Shown here piece after piece: positions 40,816 to 53,367 of a DNA stretch of 64,000 bases. The position numbers and the translations under genes were made by a program. The DNA comes from the human T2T-CHM13v2.0 reference genome, Homo sapiens: the NCBI RefSeq assembly GCF_009914755.1, contig NC_060932.1, one strand, 5' to 3'. The notes under the pieces are model-generated. The model made no database searches. It saw only the letters and a list, made by a program, of their open reading frames with translations, and was not told the origin of the DNA. How positions within the stretch are numbered: position 1 is the first letter of the stretch; every line of letters starts with the position of its first letter.

Positions 40816-40914
40816 TCAGTATTTTATGCACAGTCTTAACTCTCTATAATGAGCAAGACAATGTTTCCTAAATGAAATTATCAACTGACTAAAATTGATC
40901 CATACTTCTTTAAT
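40816..40914 (-). CDS. TDRP: TDRP alternative C-terminal coding segment (longer isoform)
   Basis: Strong acceptor ctctcttttttgtttacag| at 40915-40916. Joined to the internal donor CTG|gtgagc (41703/41702) it reads IKEVWINFSQLIISFRKHCLAHYRELRLCIKY*, replacing 19 aa with 32. The +13 aa difference agrees with the 185/198-aa isoforms I recall. Confidence 0.8.
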   Translation of the reverse strand: MKEVWINFSQLIISFRKHCLAHYRELRLCIKY

Positions 40915-41642
40915 CTGTAAACAAAAAAGAGAGCAAATGTTTTAAGAAAATAAAGGGACCGATTTAGAAGTTCAAAAGAGGTAAAAATAAAATTCCAAAA
41001 AAGAACCACTGTTACTATCCAGTGGACATACAAGAAGCTATTCCTCCCTCAGCAAAAGATGAACATGCATTTTAAGATACATTTTACTCCCAAATATAAC
41101 CTTTGCTTTTCCAGTATTTGTTTACGTATTTGTTTAATAAGAACAAAGTTTAATTTGTCAAGTTAAACAAAATTTAACATAACTTTGGAAGATTCATCTT
41201 ACCTCCTGACTAATTTTCTAGCAAAAGAAAAGAACTGCATGACAGCTGCATTTATACGTGCTACATACAAGAAAAAGGTACGGAAGTTCTGAAACAGAAC
41301 TACAACACAGAGCAGCATGAAAATCATTTTGTGAGAAACTGCAAATCATTACTGCTGTATTATGGGAGAGCATCATAAATTCACATCTCCAGTTTCTGCA
41401 AAACATGGACTGATAGGTGAATATTTCTGCAATAAGGCAATCAAATGTACAATCCCTGCACGTGTTCACCAAGGAGTCACAGTGTGTGTGAGAGTTCATT
41501 AAATAAAGAAACAGAGGTCCAAATATCAAATATAGGCAAAAAGTAGACTCTCTATTCTTTCTAACGCGGAAAAGACTCAACAACTACATGGTATACTCAT
41601 AAAAGGCCACCATGTCGGGGCACACTTGCCACACAGCCCCCC

Positions 41643-41988
41643 TCACTCCGCCTCCTCCGGGCTATCTGTCAGGTGGCCTTTACTCTGCCGTCGGATGCTC
41701 ACCAGCCTCCCTGCCGCGCGCAGGCTCCACCTGGAGCTGTTGGCAGAGCTGGCCAGGCTGGTGTACTTGGTCGAGCCCTTGGCGTCATCCTCCCAGCCTG
41801 ACCAGGATGGGTGGCCACCCACGGTGTCCTCAGGGTCAGCCGATATGTCTTCAAGAGCAAGTTTTGGAGGCTCCCAACCTTCAATTTCATCTGGTTTTTT
41901 AGACTGTATATTCTGTTTTAAAACCAAATTGTCCCAAAATCCAGATTTCTTCTCTGCCTTCAACTCTTCTTTTAATCGTAAGTTAGTT
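41643..41988 (-). CDS. TDRP: TDRP (testis development-related protein, C8orf42) terminal coding exon
   Basis: cttttcgtctcctatag| acceptor; (G)TNLRLKEELKAEKKSGFWDNLVLKQ...SKGHLTDSPEEAE*, TGA at 41645-41643. Phase matches the upstream exon (GG|A). Confidence 0.96.
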
Positions 41989-42534
41989 CTATAGGAGACG
42001 AAAGAGTTAGGTGTTGGTGACCCAGGTCTTAGGGCCTCAAGCTTTATCCATTTTACAAACATAAAATTCTTTAAAATTTTAAAAAATTGTTTAGAAAACT
42101 AACACAAGTCTATATGAAAAGTTTCAAATATTAAAATTAAGGAAAAATTAGTCACTATATGTTGTTAATGAAGTGTGTAAAAGCCACATTTTAGGACACC
42201 ACTTGGCAATACATAAGCAAAGAACTAGTTCTGACAAGAAGGAAGTATTATCACACAAGAGAGAACCTCAAGGCAATAGGAAGGTGGTACTCAAGATTTT
42301 GAGCAAATCAGATCTATGAGAATCCAGGGTCTAGATTAAGAAACAAGGGAAATCTATTCAATTTATCAAATAGGTTTTCAATTGGATTAACACAGCAAGG
42401 TAAGGTCAAGCATTTAGTAGGTAATTTACTCAACAAAAATAAGAATTCAGAACACCATCTACTATAAAAAGGAAATGGTAGCAAGCGACAGCTAGGGAAG
42501 AAAGATCCTAAACTACTCTTCACCCTGACTGTCC

Positions 42535-42615
42535 GCGAGCATCACCTGGGAACATTGTTAAGAACACCAGTGCCCAGGCCCTCTCCTTCCAGATGCTGAT
42601 GTATTAGCAGGTCGC
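42535..42615. mobile_element. MER5A-like fragment
   Basis: gcatcacctgggaacattgttaagaacaccagtgcccaggccct...cagatgctgat. Confidence 0.45.
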
Positions 42616-43236
42616 CTGACAACCAGGGAACCGGTTTACCCATCCTCTACAGATGAAGGATGAAGGTGAAGTCACAGCTCCGCCAGAGCACGAAGGGCCA
42701 TGTGTCTGTCCTCAGTGCACAGAAGTGCAGAGAAGCAGACCGGGGGCCCACAGTCCTCAAACAAAAGCCAACTCTGTACTTGTAGACTCACCAGGACTCA
42801 TCTTCTAATCAAACAGCTTCCATAACACGGAGCAAATATGCCATTGGTAATATCATTGGGTAGTCACTGAACTTACATTTTCAACTTTACACTTTTTAAA
42901 AATTCTGAAACACTGATGATAAAGTAGCAAGGTCAGTTTAAATGTATTCAATTCTCTAAAATCTTTTACAGTTTACCAGTCAATCCTTTGTATTTTTAAC
43001 AGTGTTTTTTTTGGTGGTGGTTGTTTTTGTTTTGTTTTGGTTTGGTTTTTTTCTGAAACTACTAAAAATCTTAAGTGAGGCTACAGGCTGCTTTAAGGCT
43101 AATAAGTTCAATTTATAATTCTAAGTTATTTTCCACTTTTCCATAACCTTTCAAAATGCCAACAGAGACCCTCAGGACCTTTTATCCAAAGTACAGTTTC
43201 TTTTTTTTTCATCGAACACCACAACTCATTTCTGTT

Positions 43237-43507
43237 GTTTTTTTTTTTTTTTTTTTTTTTGAGACAGAGTCTTGCTCTGTTGCCTCCGTCTCCCACAGGT
43301 TCAAGCAATTCTCCTGCCTCAGCCTCCCGAGTAGCTGGGATTATAGGCACATGCCACCATGTCCAGCTAATTTCTGATTTTTTTTTTTTAGTATAGACGG
43401 GGTTTCACCATGTTGGCCAGGCTGGTCTTGAACTCCTGACCTTGTGATCTGCCTGCCTTGGCCTCCCAAAGTGCTGGGATTACAGGCATGAGCCACCATG
43501 CCCAGCC
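43237..43507 (-). mobile_element. AluS with an internal deletion of about 40 nt in the right arm
   Basis: TSD catttctgtt (43227-43236 and 43508-43517). ctctgttgcc joins directly to tccgtctccc, lacking caggctggagtgcagtgg... Confidence 0.92.
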
Positions 43508-43740
43508 CATTTCTGTTTATTCACAAGGGATGGATGTTAACTCCGAAGCACACATCATGAAGTCCATGACCGTCTGCCACTCAACAGGGACAGACGGAGT
43601 GGGGAGGGAAACATGGACTCGCCGCGCCCCACAATGCCTCCAGTTACACTGCATTTATGCCATCAAATCTTCATTTCCACCTCCTCAGTGACTTCCTCCC
43701 TCTCCTGAAATGATCATTTTCTTACACAGTTATGACTTAC

Positions 43741-43844
43741 CCTTTGGACTTGGGAGATTTACATCTTTCCAGGAGATGCTGCTCATCATCTTTGTTAAAC
43801 AGTGAAGTCACTTCTTTCCAACCTCGGAAACTTGCTCCCTGAAC
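43741..43844 (-). CDS. TDRP: TDRP internal coding exon
   Basis: ccttttattag| acceptor, GG|gtaagt donor. 104 nt: VQGASFRGWKEVTSLFNKDDEQHLLERCKSPKSK(G). Not in the ORF track. Confidence 0.95.
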
Positions 43845-44196
43845 CTAATAAAAGGTTAAGAAAAATGTCAAATCTGATGTCATGAATCAACAGAATTCCG
43901 CTTTCTACTCCAATAACCATGGAGTTGAAATTTAGAAAAAAGAATTGGCAGAGCTTACATCTTAGCTTTCCATACCTGTGCGCACATAGTTTACTCCCAT
44001 TAGCTACTAGTCATCTCAGCTGTTTTGGTATTGTGGTCCTAACAGCTTAACAGCTTATCAGTGATGCTGAGTAATCTAAATTTAGTATTAGACAAGTCAA
44101 TATTTTGCCTCAAAAAGCTTATGAAAGTGATGCTTAAAATCAGACGAAGCTTCCCTCACAAATAAGAATTAGGTCTCCTTAAAACTTGGGAGATTG

Positions 44197-44510
44197 GGCT
44201 GGGCATGGTGGCGCATACCTGAAATCCCAGCACTTTAGGAAGCCAAGGCAGGAGGATTACTTGAGCCCAGGAGTTCAACACCAGCCTGGGGAACAAAGTG
44301 AGACCCCGTTGCTACAAAAAATACAAAAACTTAGCCAGGTATGGTGGTGCAAACCTGTAGTTTCAGATACTCAGGAAGCTGAGGTGGGAGGATCACTTGA
44401 GCCCCAGGAGGTCAAGGCTGCAGAGAACTGTGATCTCACCACTGCACTCCAGGCTGGGCAACAGAGCAAGACCCCATCTCAAAAAACAAACAACAGCAAC
44501 AACAACAAAA
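44197..44510 (+). mobile_element. AluJ-like element
   Basis: Alu dimer with a (CAA)n tail. Confidence 0.92.
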
Positions 44511-45298
44511 CACATAGGAGACTGACCTTTGAGAAGGTTGTTACAAGAGGTCCCCTAGAAGGGGGTCTTCTCCAAGGTCCCCTGGAACAACTGTGCCACT
44601 ACCTTTAAGCGTCAGCATCTCCATGGAGACAGTGACCCTTGCCCTAACTTCTACAAGTGTAGATTTCTGAGAAGAAATAATTTTGTTGACTGTAAACAAA
44701 TGATTTTGTACAATTTTTTCATTTCTGACATCAAGATATAATTAATACCATCTTGGATACAACGAAATCCATTACTAAGAAGAATGGAGAAAACCATCTG
44801 AAAATCCGGCGTGTGTCGAAGGCCCTTCATATTCACTGATTAACATTTCCCAGGGTTCATCATCACATTGCTAGGGCTGGGAAGGGTCTCTCACGGGGTA
44901 GAGCCAGCTTTAGAATACTTTGCGTTGTTAAAAATATAATACAAAAATAAAGCAATCCTGAAAGCTGACCTGAGGCTGCAGCATGACACTGATCCGAGAC
45001 AAGGATAATGAATACAATTCAATCAACCCTTTGAGGTGACCCAGTGATTGCCAGGTGCAATGTCTGGGGGTCTCCAGGGTGTAACACAGCCTCAGGAAGG
45101 GGCAAAGGGCAGAGATGACCCTGAAAACTAACCAGGGACTAAGGGGTCCCACTTTTACTTCCCATAGGCCAGACTCTCAACTCCCTGTCTGGGCAGAGGT
45201 CTGCATCTGTAGACGGGGGACAGGCCCTCCAACAGTTGTGACTGGAGAGGCGTTTATGAATCAGATACTGGGATAGGAGTATGATGGCAGTACCCACG

Positions 45299-45447
45299 CC
45301 AAAGAAACCATCACAACAAAAACCCTGGGCATCAGGTATCAGCTTTCCACATCACACACTGCACAAAAACCTACCAAAGAAACCATCACAGCAAAAAACA
45401 CTGAGCATCAGGTATCAGCTTTCCACATCACACACTGCACAAAAACC
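45299..45447. repeat. Tandem duplication, period about 75 bp
   Basis: ccaaagaaaccatcaca...gcatcaggtatcagctttccacatcacacactgcacaaaaacc, two copies with few mismatches. Confidence 0.9.
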
Positions 45448-45954
45448 GATCACACAACCCATGTCATGCTGACAGCTTTGGCACACTTGTATGCACATCA
45501 GGTAAAGGATTACGTCTGATGCGCAGGGCCCATGGCATGACAGAGCATGTGGCAGGATCCTATCAAGAAGTCTCAATTAAGAACATAATTCTAGAGGCTA
45601 ACCCATCTGGACTCTGGAGGAAGGACCATGTGCAGTCACTATGTGCCCAGCACTGTGCAATGCAATCTCCACCTACCACGTCCCTCACTCTGAGCAATGC
45701 CCCATGAGACAGACACAGTGAAGCTTCGTGACCTTGGGGAACTTAGCTCACACAAATGGCCAGGAAGCAAAGCCAAGGCTTGAGCTAATGTCTCACTGCC
45801 AAGTTGTTATGTTCCCCATTCCCAGGCCTGCTGTGTCCCAACACCACAAGCCTGTGCCTCACCCCTCCATGGACTGCCCACCCCTTCCTTTAAGCTGTCG
45901 TCACCACCTTCAGATGCTATTTGCTCCACACACCACCTGCATGTCCTAAAGGTG

Positions 45955-48313
45955 TGATACGGTGTGGCTCTGTGTCCCCACACAAGTCTCAAGTCAAACC
46001 ATAATCCCCATGTGTCAGGGGAGGGACCTGGTGGGAGATGACTGGATCATGGGGGCAGATTTTCCTCTTGGTGTTCTCATGAGATCTGATCATTTAAAAG
46101 TGTGTGGCACCTGTCTTTTCTCTCTCTCTATCCTGCCGCCATGTAAGACATGCCTAGCTTTGCTGCCACATAAGATGTGCCTTGCTTCCATTTCTGCCAT
46201 GACTGTAAGTTTCCTAGGCCTCCCCAGCCATACAGAACTGTAAGTCAACCTCTTTTCTTTATAAATTATGCAGTCTCAGGTAGTTCTTTATAGCAGTGTG
46301 AAAACAGACTAACACAGAGAATTGGTACGAGAGGAGTGCGGTACTGCTATAAAGATACCTGAAAACGTGGAAGTGTCTTTGGAACTGGGTAATGGGGCAG
46401 AGGCTGGAATAGTCTGGAGGGTCCAGAAGAAGACTGGAAGATGTGGGAATGTTTGGAACTTCCTAGAGACTTGTTGAATGGTTCTGACCAAAATGCTGAC
46501 AGTGATACAGACAATGAAGTCCAGGATTAGGTAGTCTCAAATGGAGATGAGGAACTTATCGGAAACTGGAGTAAAGGTCCCTCTTGCTTTGCCTTAGCAA
46601 AGAGACTGGTGGCATTTTGCCCCTGCCCAAGAGATATGTGGAACCTTGAACTAGAGGGAGATGATTTAGGATATCTGGCAGAAGAAATTTCTAAGCAGCA
46701 AAGGGTTCAACATGTGGCCTGGGTGCTCCTAACAGCATACAGTCATATGTGTTCACAAAGAGATGGTCTGAAATTGGAACTTATGTTTAAAAGGCAAGCA
46801 GAGCATACAAGTTTGGAAAATTTGCAGCCTGACCCTGCAAATGGTAGAAAAGAAAACCCTTTCTGGGAAGAAATTCAAGCTGCCAGCTGCAAAAATTTGC
46901 ATAAGTAAAGAAGAGCCAATGTTAATTGTCAAGACAATGGGGAAAATGTCTCCAGGGCATTTCAGAGACCTTCATGGCAGCCCCTCCCATCACAGGTCCA
47001 GAGGCCTAGGAGGGAAAAATGGTTTTCTGGGCCAGGCCCAGGGTCCTGCTTCACTGTGCACCTCTGGACATGGTGTCCTGTGTCCCAGCCGCTCCACCTC
47101 CCGCAGTGGCTAAATGGGGCCAAGGTATAGCTCCAGCCATGACTTCAGAGGGTGCAAAGCCCAAGCCTTGGTGGTTTCTACATGGTATTGGGCCTGAAAG
47201 TACACAGAAGGCAGGAGTTTGGGAGCCTCTGCCTCGATTTCAGAGGAGGTATGGAAATGGCTGGACATCCAAGCAGAAATCTGCTGCAAGGGTAGAGCCC
47301 TCAAGAAGAACCTCCACTAGGGCAGCATGCAAGGGAAATGTGGGGTTGCAACCCCCACACCAAGTCCCCACTGGAGTACTGCCTAGTAGAGCTGTGAGAA
47401 GAGGGCCACCGTCTTCTCAGAATGGTAGATCCACCAACAACTCGAACCATGCACCTGAAAAAGCCACAGGCACTCAATGCCAGCCCATGAAAGAAATCAA
47501 ATGGGGCTGTACCCTGCAGAGCCACAGGGTCTGTGGAGATGCCCAATGCGTTGGAAGCCCACCCCTTGCATCAGCATGCCCTGGATATGAGACATGGCAT
47601 GTAAAGGGATTATTTTGGAACTTTAGGATTTAATGACTGCCCTGCTGGGTTTCAGACTGTAGCCCCTTGGTTTTGGCCAATTTTTCCCTTTTGTTGTGGG
47701 TGCATTTACCCAACGCCTGCACCTCCATTGTGTCTTTAAAGTAACTAACTTGTTTTTGATTTTACAGGCTTATAGGCAGAAGGGACTTACCTTGTCTTAG
47801 ATGAGACTACTTACCTTGTCTCAGATGAGACTTTGGATTTGACTTTTGAGTTAATGCTGGAATGAGTTAAGATTTTGGGGGATTGTTGGGAAGGCATGAC
47901 TGGTTTTGAAATGTAAGAAGAACATTACATTTGGGAGGGGCCAGGAGCAGAATGATGTGGTTTGTCTCTGTGTCCCCACCCAAATTTTGTGTCAAACTAT
48001 AATCCCCACATGTCAGGGAAGGGACCTGGTGGGACGTGACTGGATCATGGAAGCGGATTTCCCCCTTGCTGTTCTTGTGATAGTGAGTTCTCACAAGATC
48101 TGATCATTTAAAAGTGTGTGGCACCTCCCTGTTCTCTCTCTCTCTCTCTCCTGCCACCAAGTAAGATGTGCCTTGTTTTCCCTTCACCTCCTTACGTAAG
48201 TTTCCTGAGGCCTCCCCAGCCACATGAAACTGTGAGTCAATTAAACCTCTTTTCTTTATAAATTACCCAGTCTCAGGTAGTTCTTTACAGCAGTGTGTAA
48301 ATGGACTAATACA
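45955..48313 (+). mobile_element. Full-length MaLR retrotransposon (THE1D/MSTA-like): 5'LTR 45955-46316, internal 46317-47952, 3'LTR 47953-48313
   Basis: Two similar TG...CA LTRs, a 1.6-kb internal region, and a perfect 5-bp TSD aggtg (45950-45954 and 48314-48318). Confidence 0.94.
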
Positions 48314-50169
48314 AGGTGATTCCCCTAAGATTCCATTTCTGGTATCATAAGGAAAATCAACAGGAAATGAGAATTATTGAACTATAAATTATTACCTAGT
48401 GTTTCCATTGAAATTATTAGGAATAAGATGCCAAAAAAATAGTCTCTACTTTATGAACTTCAAACAACGTTTTTGTTTTGTTTTGTTTTGTTTTTGGAGG
48501 CAGGGTCTCTCTGTTACCCAGGCTGGTGGCCTGGCCTACTTCCTTACAAGAATGCCTTAATCTCCCATTTCTGCATACAATTTTCCAGGAATTCCACCCT
48601 TTGAACACCACGCTGGGCTGGCAGTAGAACCCACATTTCCAGTTGTGTGGTCTCCACTAACCACACCACTGTCCCTGTAGCACCTGGGTGGCTGCTGCAC
48701 ATCCCATCAGATGACCCTGGAGCTGGGACTCCATCCCACCACCAGCTTCCTGAGCCCCTGCTCTAACATGCACCTCCATGGAGAACAAGTAAGGGAATCC
48801 CTCTCTACTGCCAGGTGAGCAATTAGAAGAGGTTGGAGTCCTAGAAGGTGCACAAACAGACATGATCGAAGTGTGAGCGTGAGGAGTGCTGTGAGGCCAC
48901 TCCTCCACTCATCCACTATGCGGGCAGAAAGAATCCATCAAAACCAGATACCTCGGTCTTCACCTGAAGTCTCCCACATTTCCCTCTGAGCATCCCCCGG
49001 GAAGGACAGGAGGGAAAGTCCTCACCTGAGCACTCTGCTCCTGTAGCCAGCAAGGCTGGCCCTTGAGGTGGAGTTCCTGAAGGGCCCAGGAAGGACATGG
49101 ACATTGTCCTGAGGTGGACAAAATCTTAGGTGGCGACAGCCTAAGTGCTGCTCATGGTATGGGGCATGAAGAAAGTTCTCCTCTTCCACGGGAAAAGCCC
49201 TGTAGAGTGTTCTATGGGAAGGCAGAAAAAACCTAAACACCTCTTGAGGACCAAGAAGAATGATGGTAAAACATTCTTAAAACTAGGATTCAATTCAGAG
49301 AGAAAGTGACATCCAAAACAATGAAGACAGATGAGATGTGCCGTAAAACGCTGGTAATGACCAAGAAGTTAGGCCACAGAAATGAGAAAGTAAGTTCCTG
49401 CACAAAACAACGAAAAATTATTTTTCCTGTTTTAGCTATACCTTAGTTGTAAAAAAGTGCTTCATGTTTCATGAAGAAAATCTATGCAATATTGTAAAGA
49501 AAATTAATATCCATAATTTACCAAAATTATTCCTGTTAGGTTAAACGGCAGTGTCTTATCAAAAATGTGCAGAGAGGCCAGGACCTCTGGCTGGCATTGA
49601 ATACACAGGGAGCCATAAACCTCATCGGCAGGCCCCACCAGTGCGCACGTCCAGATCCTGTCCATGAGCACAGAGCTTGGGTGTGGCAACCCTGAAGGCC
49701 TTGTTTAGAAGAACTGAACCTGCCAATCTTCACCTCCTGTAATCAGAAAAGAGATCCTCATCTAACCAAGTGACACTCTCAGAAGTGCCATCCTTCATAC
49801 TTAATCTCACAATTTGTAATCTTGAAATCTTAAACAAAATGTCCAAGATACAGTGTCATTTGCGTTTTCTCCTATTTTTCATTAAATGTAAAATTCAAGC
49901 ATTAAGTTCTGAATTATCCCAATAAAGCAGATGGAAATTTCTCCTTTTGCCACAGGAAGGGCAGGTGTATCGGACTCCGGCCCTGGGAGAAAGCCTCCAG
50001 GCTGCTCCCTGCAACTCTGGGTCCTGACAACCAGGGCAGGAAATAGCACAGCAAGGCTGAACAGTGACACCTAAGACCAACCCAGTAATGTGGGCAAGAC
50101 CAGGAAGTGTTACACCACAGTACCTGTGAAGGACAGAATCCAGCAAGAGGGTTAACAAGAACATGAGCA

Positions 50170-50909
<740 letters not shown>

Positions 50910-51787
50910 TAAAGGTATTTAAAGTCATAGGTCAGGAAAAATGAGAAACCTTTCTTAAGCCAGGTATCCCAATTTCTCATCAGGAACACTGCATCACAGC
51001 AGGGTGACCATGTGCAGGGCCAGCATGGGACTCAGTACAGACGGTTTGCCGTTATCAACCACAGGGCACTGGCGTCCCTGCAGTCATGGGCCCACAAATA
51101 CAGCTCTTTGTGAAGATGAGGGGAACATGGAAGGAGCTGTGCATGACCCTGACCCACCCTCTCCAAAGCCCACCCCCAGAACAGTTCTGGACAAAGGCTT
51201 AGCGCTGGCATTCAGTGTCTTAAAGCTGTTCTGGGGGTGGTGACGTGGTGAGGGAGGACTCTGGGAATAGTGAAAGCACAGGCCCCAGGCCTCTTCTTGG
51301 CATCGCCATTGGCTACCACCTCCCACCTTCCTGAATACTGTGAAAATGCTGTGATCCTGGGAACACAAAACACAGTGCCCCCAACAGGCTAAGGTTTCAA
51401 TTACGTACAACAAAAAGGCACAGAACAGCTTAGTCTTCTTTCATCCCTTCTAAATTTGGGAACTCACAGTGAACTTATCTTTAAACACACTGAAGCTATT
51501 GAGAAACTGGCCATTCTGGAAAACATTGGTTGATGAACCCAGTCCTGACATCCAAGTCAAACTGTGAGACCAAATCCCACAGTCATCAGATGAGACCCAT
51601 CAGGCCACAGGAAGGCCCGCAGCCGTGTTCACCAAATTGCAGGGTGCCAGGCCAACGACCCTTCAGGGTGTGGTGGGGCTAGGCGGCCATAGCGAGACCA
51701 GGCTCCCACCAGAGGGGCTGCTGATCTGACCCCCAGCCTGCCTGAACACAGTCTGACTCAAAAAACTAGCTCGGGTGACCTAGGCAT

Positions 51788-53367
51788 ACCTCAGCACACA
51801 CAAACATGGAACCCAGAGCCATGCAGTGGGACCTACGCCTACCTCAGCACGTGTCAACATGGAATCCAGAGCCACACACTGGAACCAATGCCCACCTCAG
51901 CACACATCAACACGGAATCCAGAGCCACACACCGGAACCCATGCCCACCTCAGCACACATCAACACAGAATCCAGAGCCACACAATGGAACCCATGCCCA
52001 ACTCAGCATGCATCAACATGGAATCCAGAGCCATACACTGGAACCAATGCCCACCTCAACACATGTCAACACAGAATCCAGAGCCACACATCAGAACCAA
52101 TGCCCACCTCAGCATGCACCAACACGGAATCCAGAGCCACACATCAGAACCTGTGCCCACCTCAGCACGTGTCAACATTGAATCCAGAGCCACACACTGG
52201 AACCAATGCCCATCTCAGCACACGTCAACACAGAATACAGAGCCGCACATCAGAACCAATGCCCACCTCAGCATGCAACAACACGGAATCCAGAGCCACA
52301 CATCAGAACCTGTGCCCACCTCAGCATGTGTCAACATGGAATCCAAAGCCACACACTGGAACCAATGCCCACCTCAGCATGTGTCAACACAGAATCCAGA
52401 GCCACGCATCAGAACCCATGCCCACCTCAACACGCACCAACACAGAATCCACAGCCACACACTGGAAGCAATGCCCACCTCAGCACACACCAACACGGAA
52501 TCCAGAGCCACACTAGGGCAACCCACGTCCACCTCAGCACACGCCAACATGGAATGCAGAGCCACACACTGGAACCAATGCCCACCTCAGCACGTGTCAA
52601 CATGGAATCCAGAGCTGCACATCAGAACCAATGCCCACCTCTGCACGCGTCAACACGGAATCCACAGCCACGCATTGGAACCCGTGCCCACCTCAGCACG
52701 CACCAACACAGAATCTAGAGCCATGCATCGGAACACGTGCCCACCTCAGCACACACCAACACGGAATCCAGAGCAGCACACTGGAACCAATGCCCACTCA
52801 CCATGCATCAACACAGAATCCAAAGCCACACATCAGAACCTGTACCCACCTCAGCACGCACCCAACACGGAATCCAGAGCCACACACACTGGAACCAATG
52901 CCCACCTCAACACACACCAACACGGAATCCACGCCCACATCAGCACACACCAGCATGGAATCCAGAGCTACACATCAGAACCCGTGCCCACCTCAGCACG
53001 CATCAACACGGAATCCAGAGCCACACACTGGAACCCATGCCCACCTCAGCACGCGTCAATATGGAATCAAGAGCCACACACTGGAACCAATGCCCACCTC
53101 TGCACACACCAACACGGAATCCAGAGCCACACAAGGGTAACCCACCCCCACCTCAGCACGCACCAACATGGAATCCAGAGCCACACAATGGAACCAATGC
53201 CCACCTCAGCACAAGTCAACATGGAATCAAGAGCCACACACTGGAACCAATGCCCACCTCAGCACACACCAACACGGAATCCAGAGCCACAAAAGGGTAA
53301 CCCACACCCACCTCAGCAAGCACCAACACGGAATCCAGAGCCACGTGTCGGAACCCAGTCCACCTGA
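51788..53367. repeat. 53-bp minisatellite/VNTR, about 30 copies
   Basis: Unit approximately cccacctcagcacacatcaacacggaatccagagccacacactggaaccaatg; successive starts at 51891, 51944 and 51997 give period 53. Confidence 0.97.

Noticed and set aside
41641-41650. Possible donor GGA|GTGAGG overlapping the TDRP stop codon
   Set aside because: Weak exonic context. The CTG|GTGAGC donor at 41702 is better and gives the isoform length I recall.
41989-42062. N-terminal part (MFVKWIK...) of the 139-aa minus-strand ORF
   Set aside because: It lies upstream of the splice acceptor at 41989-41990 and is intronic.
47019-47633. 204-aa ORF
   Set aside because: Remnant of the MaLR internal region, not a host gene.
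51788-53367. CRISPR-like array or mucin-like coding exon
   Set aside because: Contiguous units without unique spacers, eukaryotic context, a period not divisible by 3, and antisense to the host gene.
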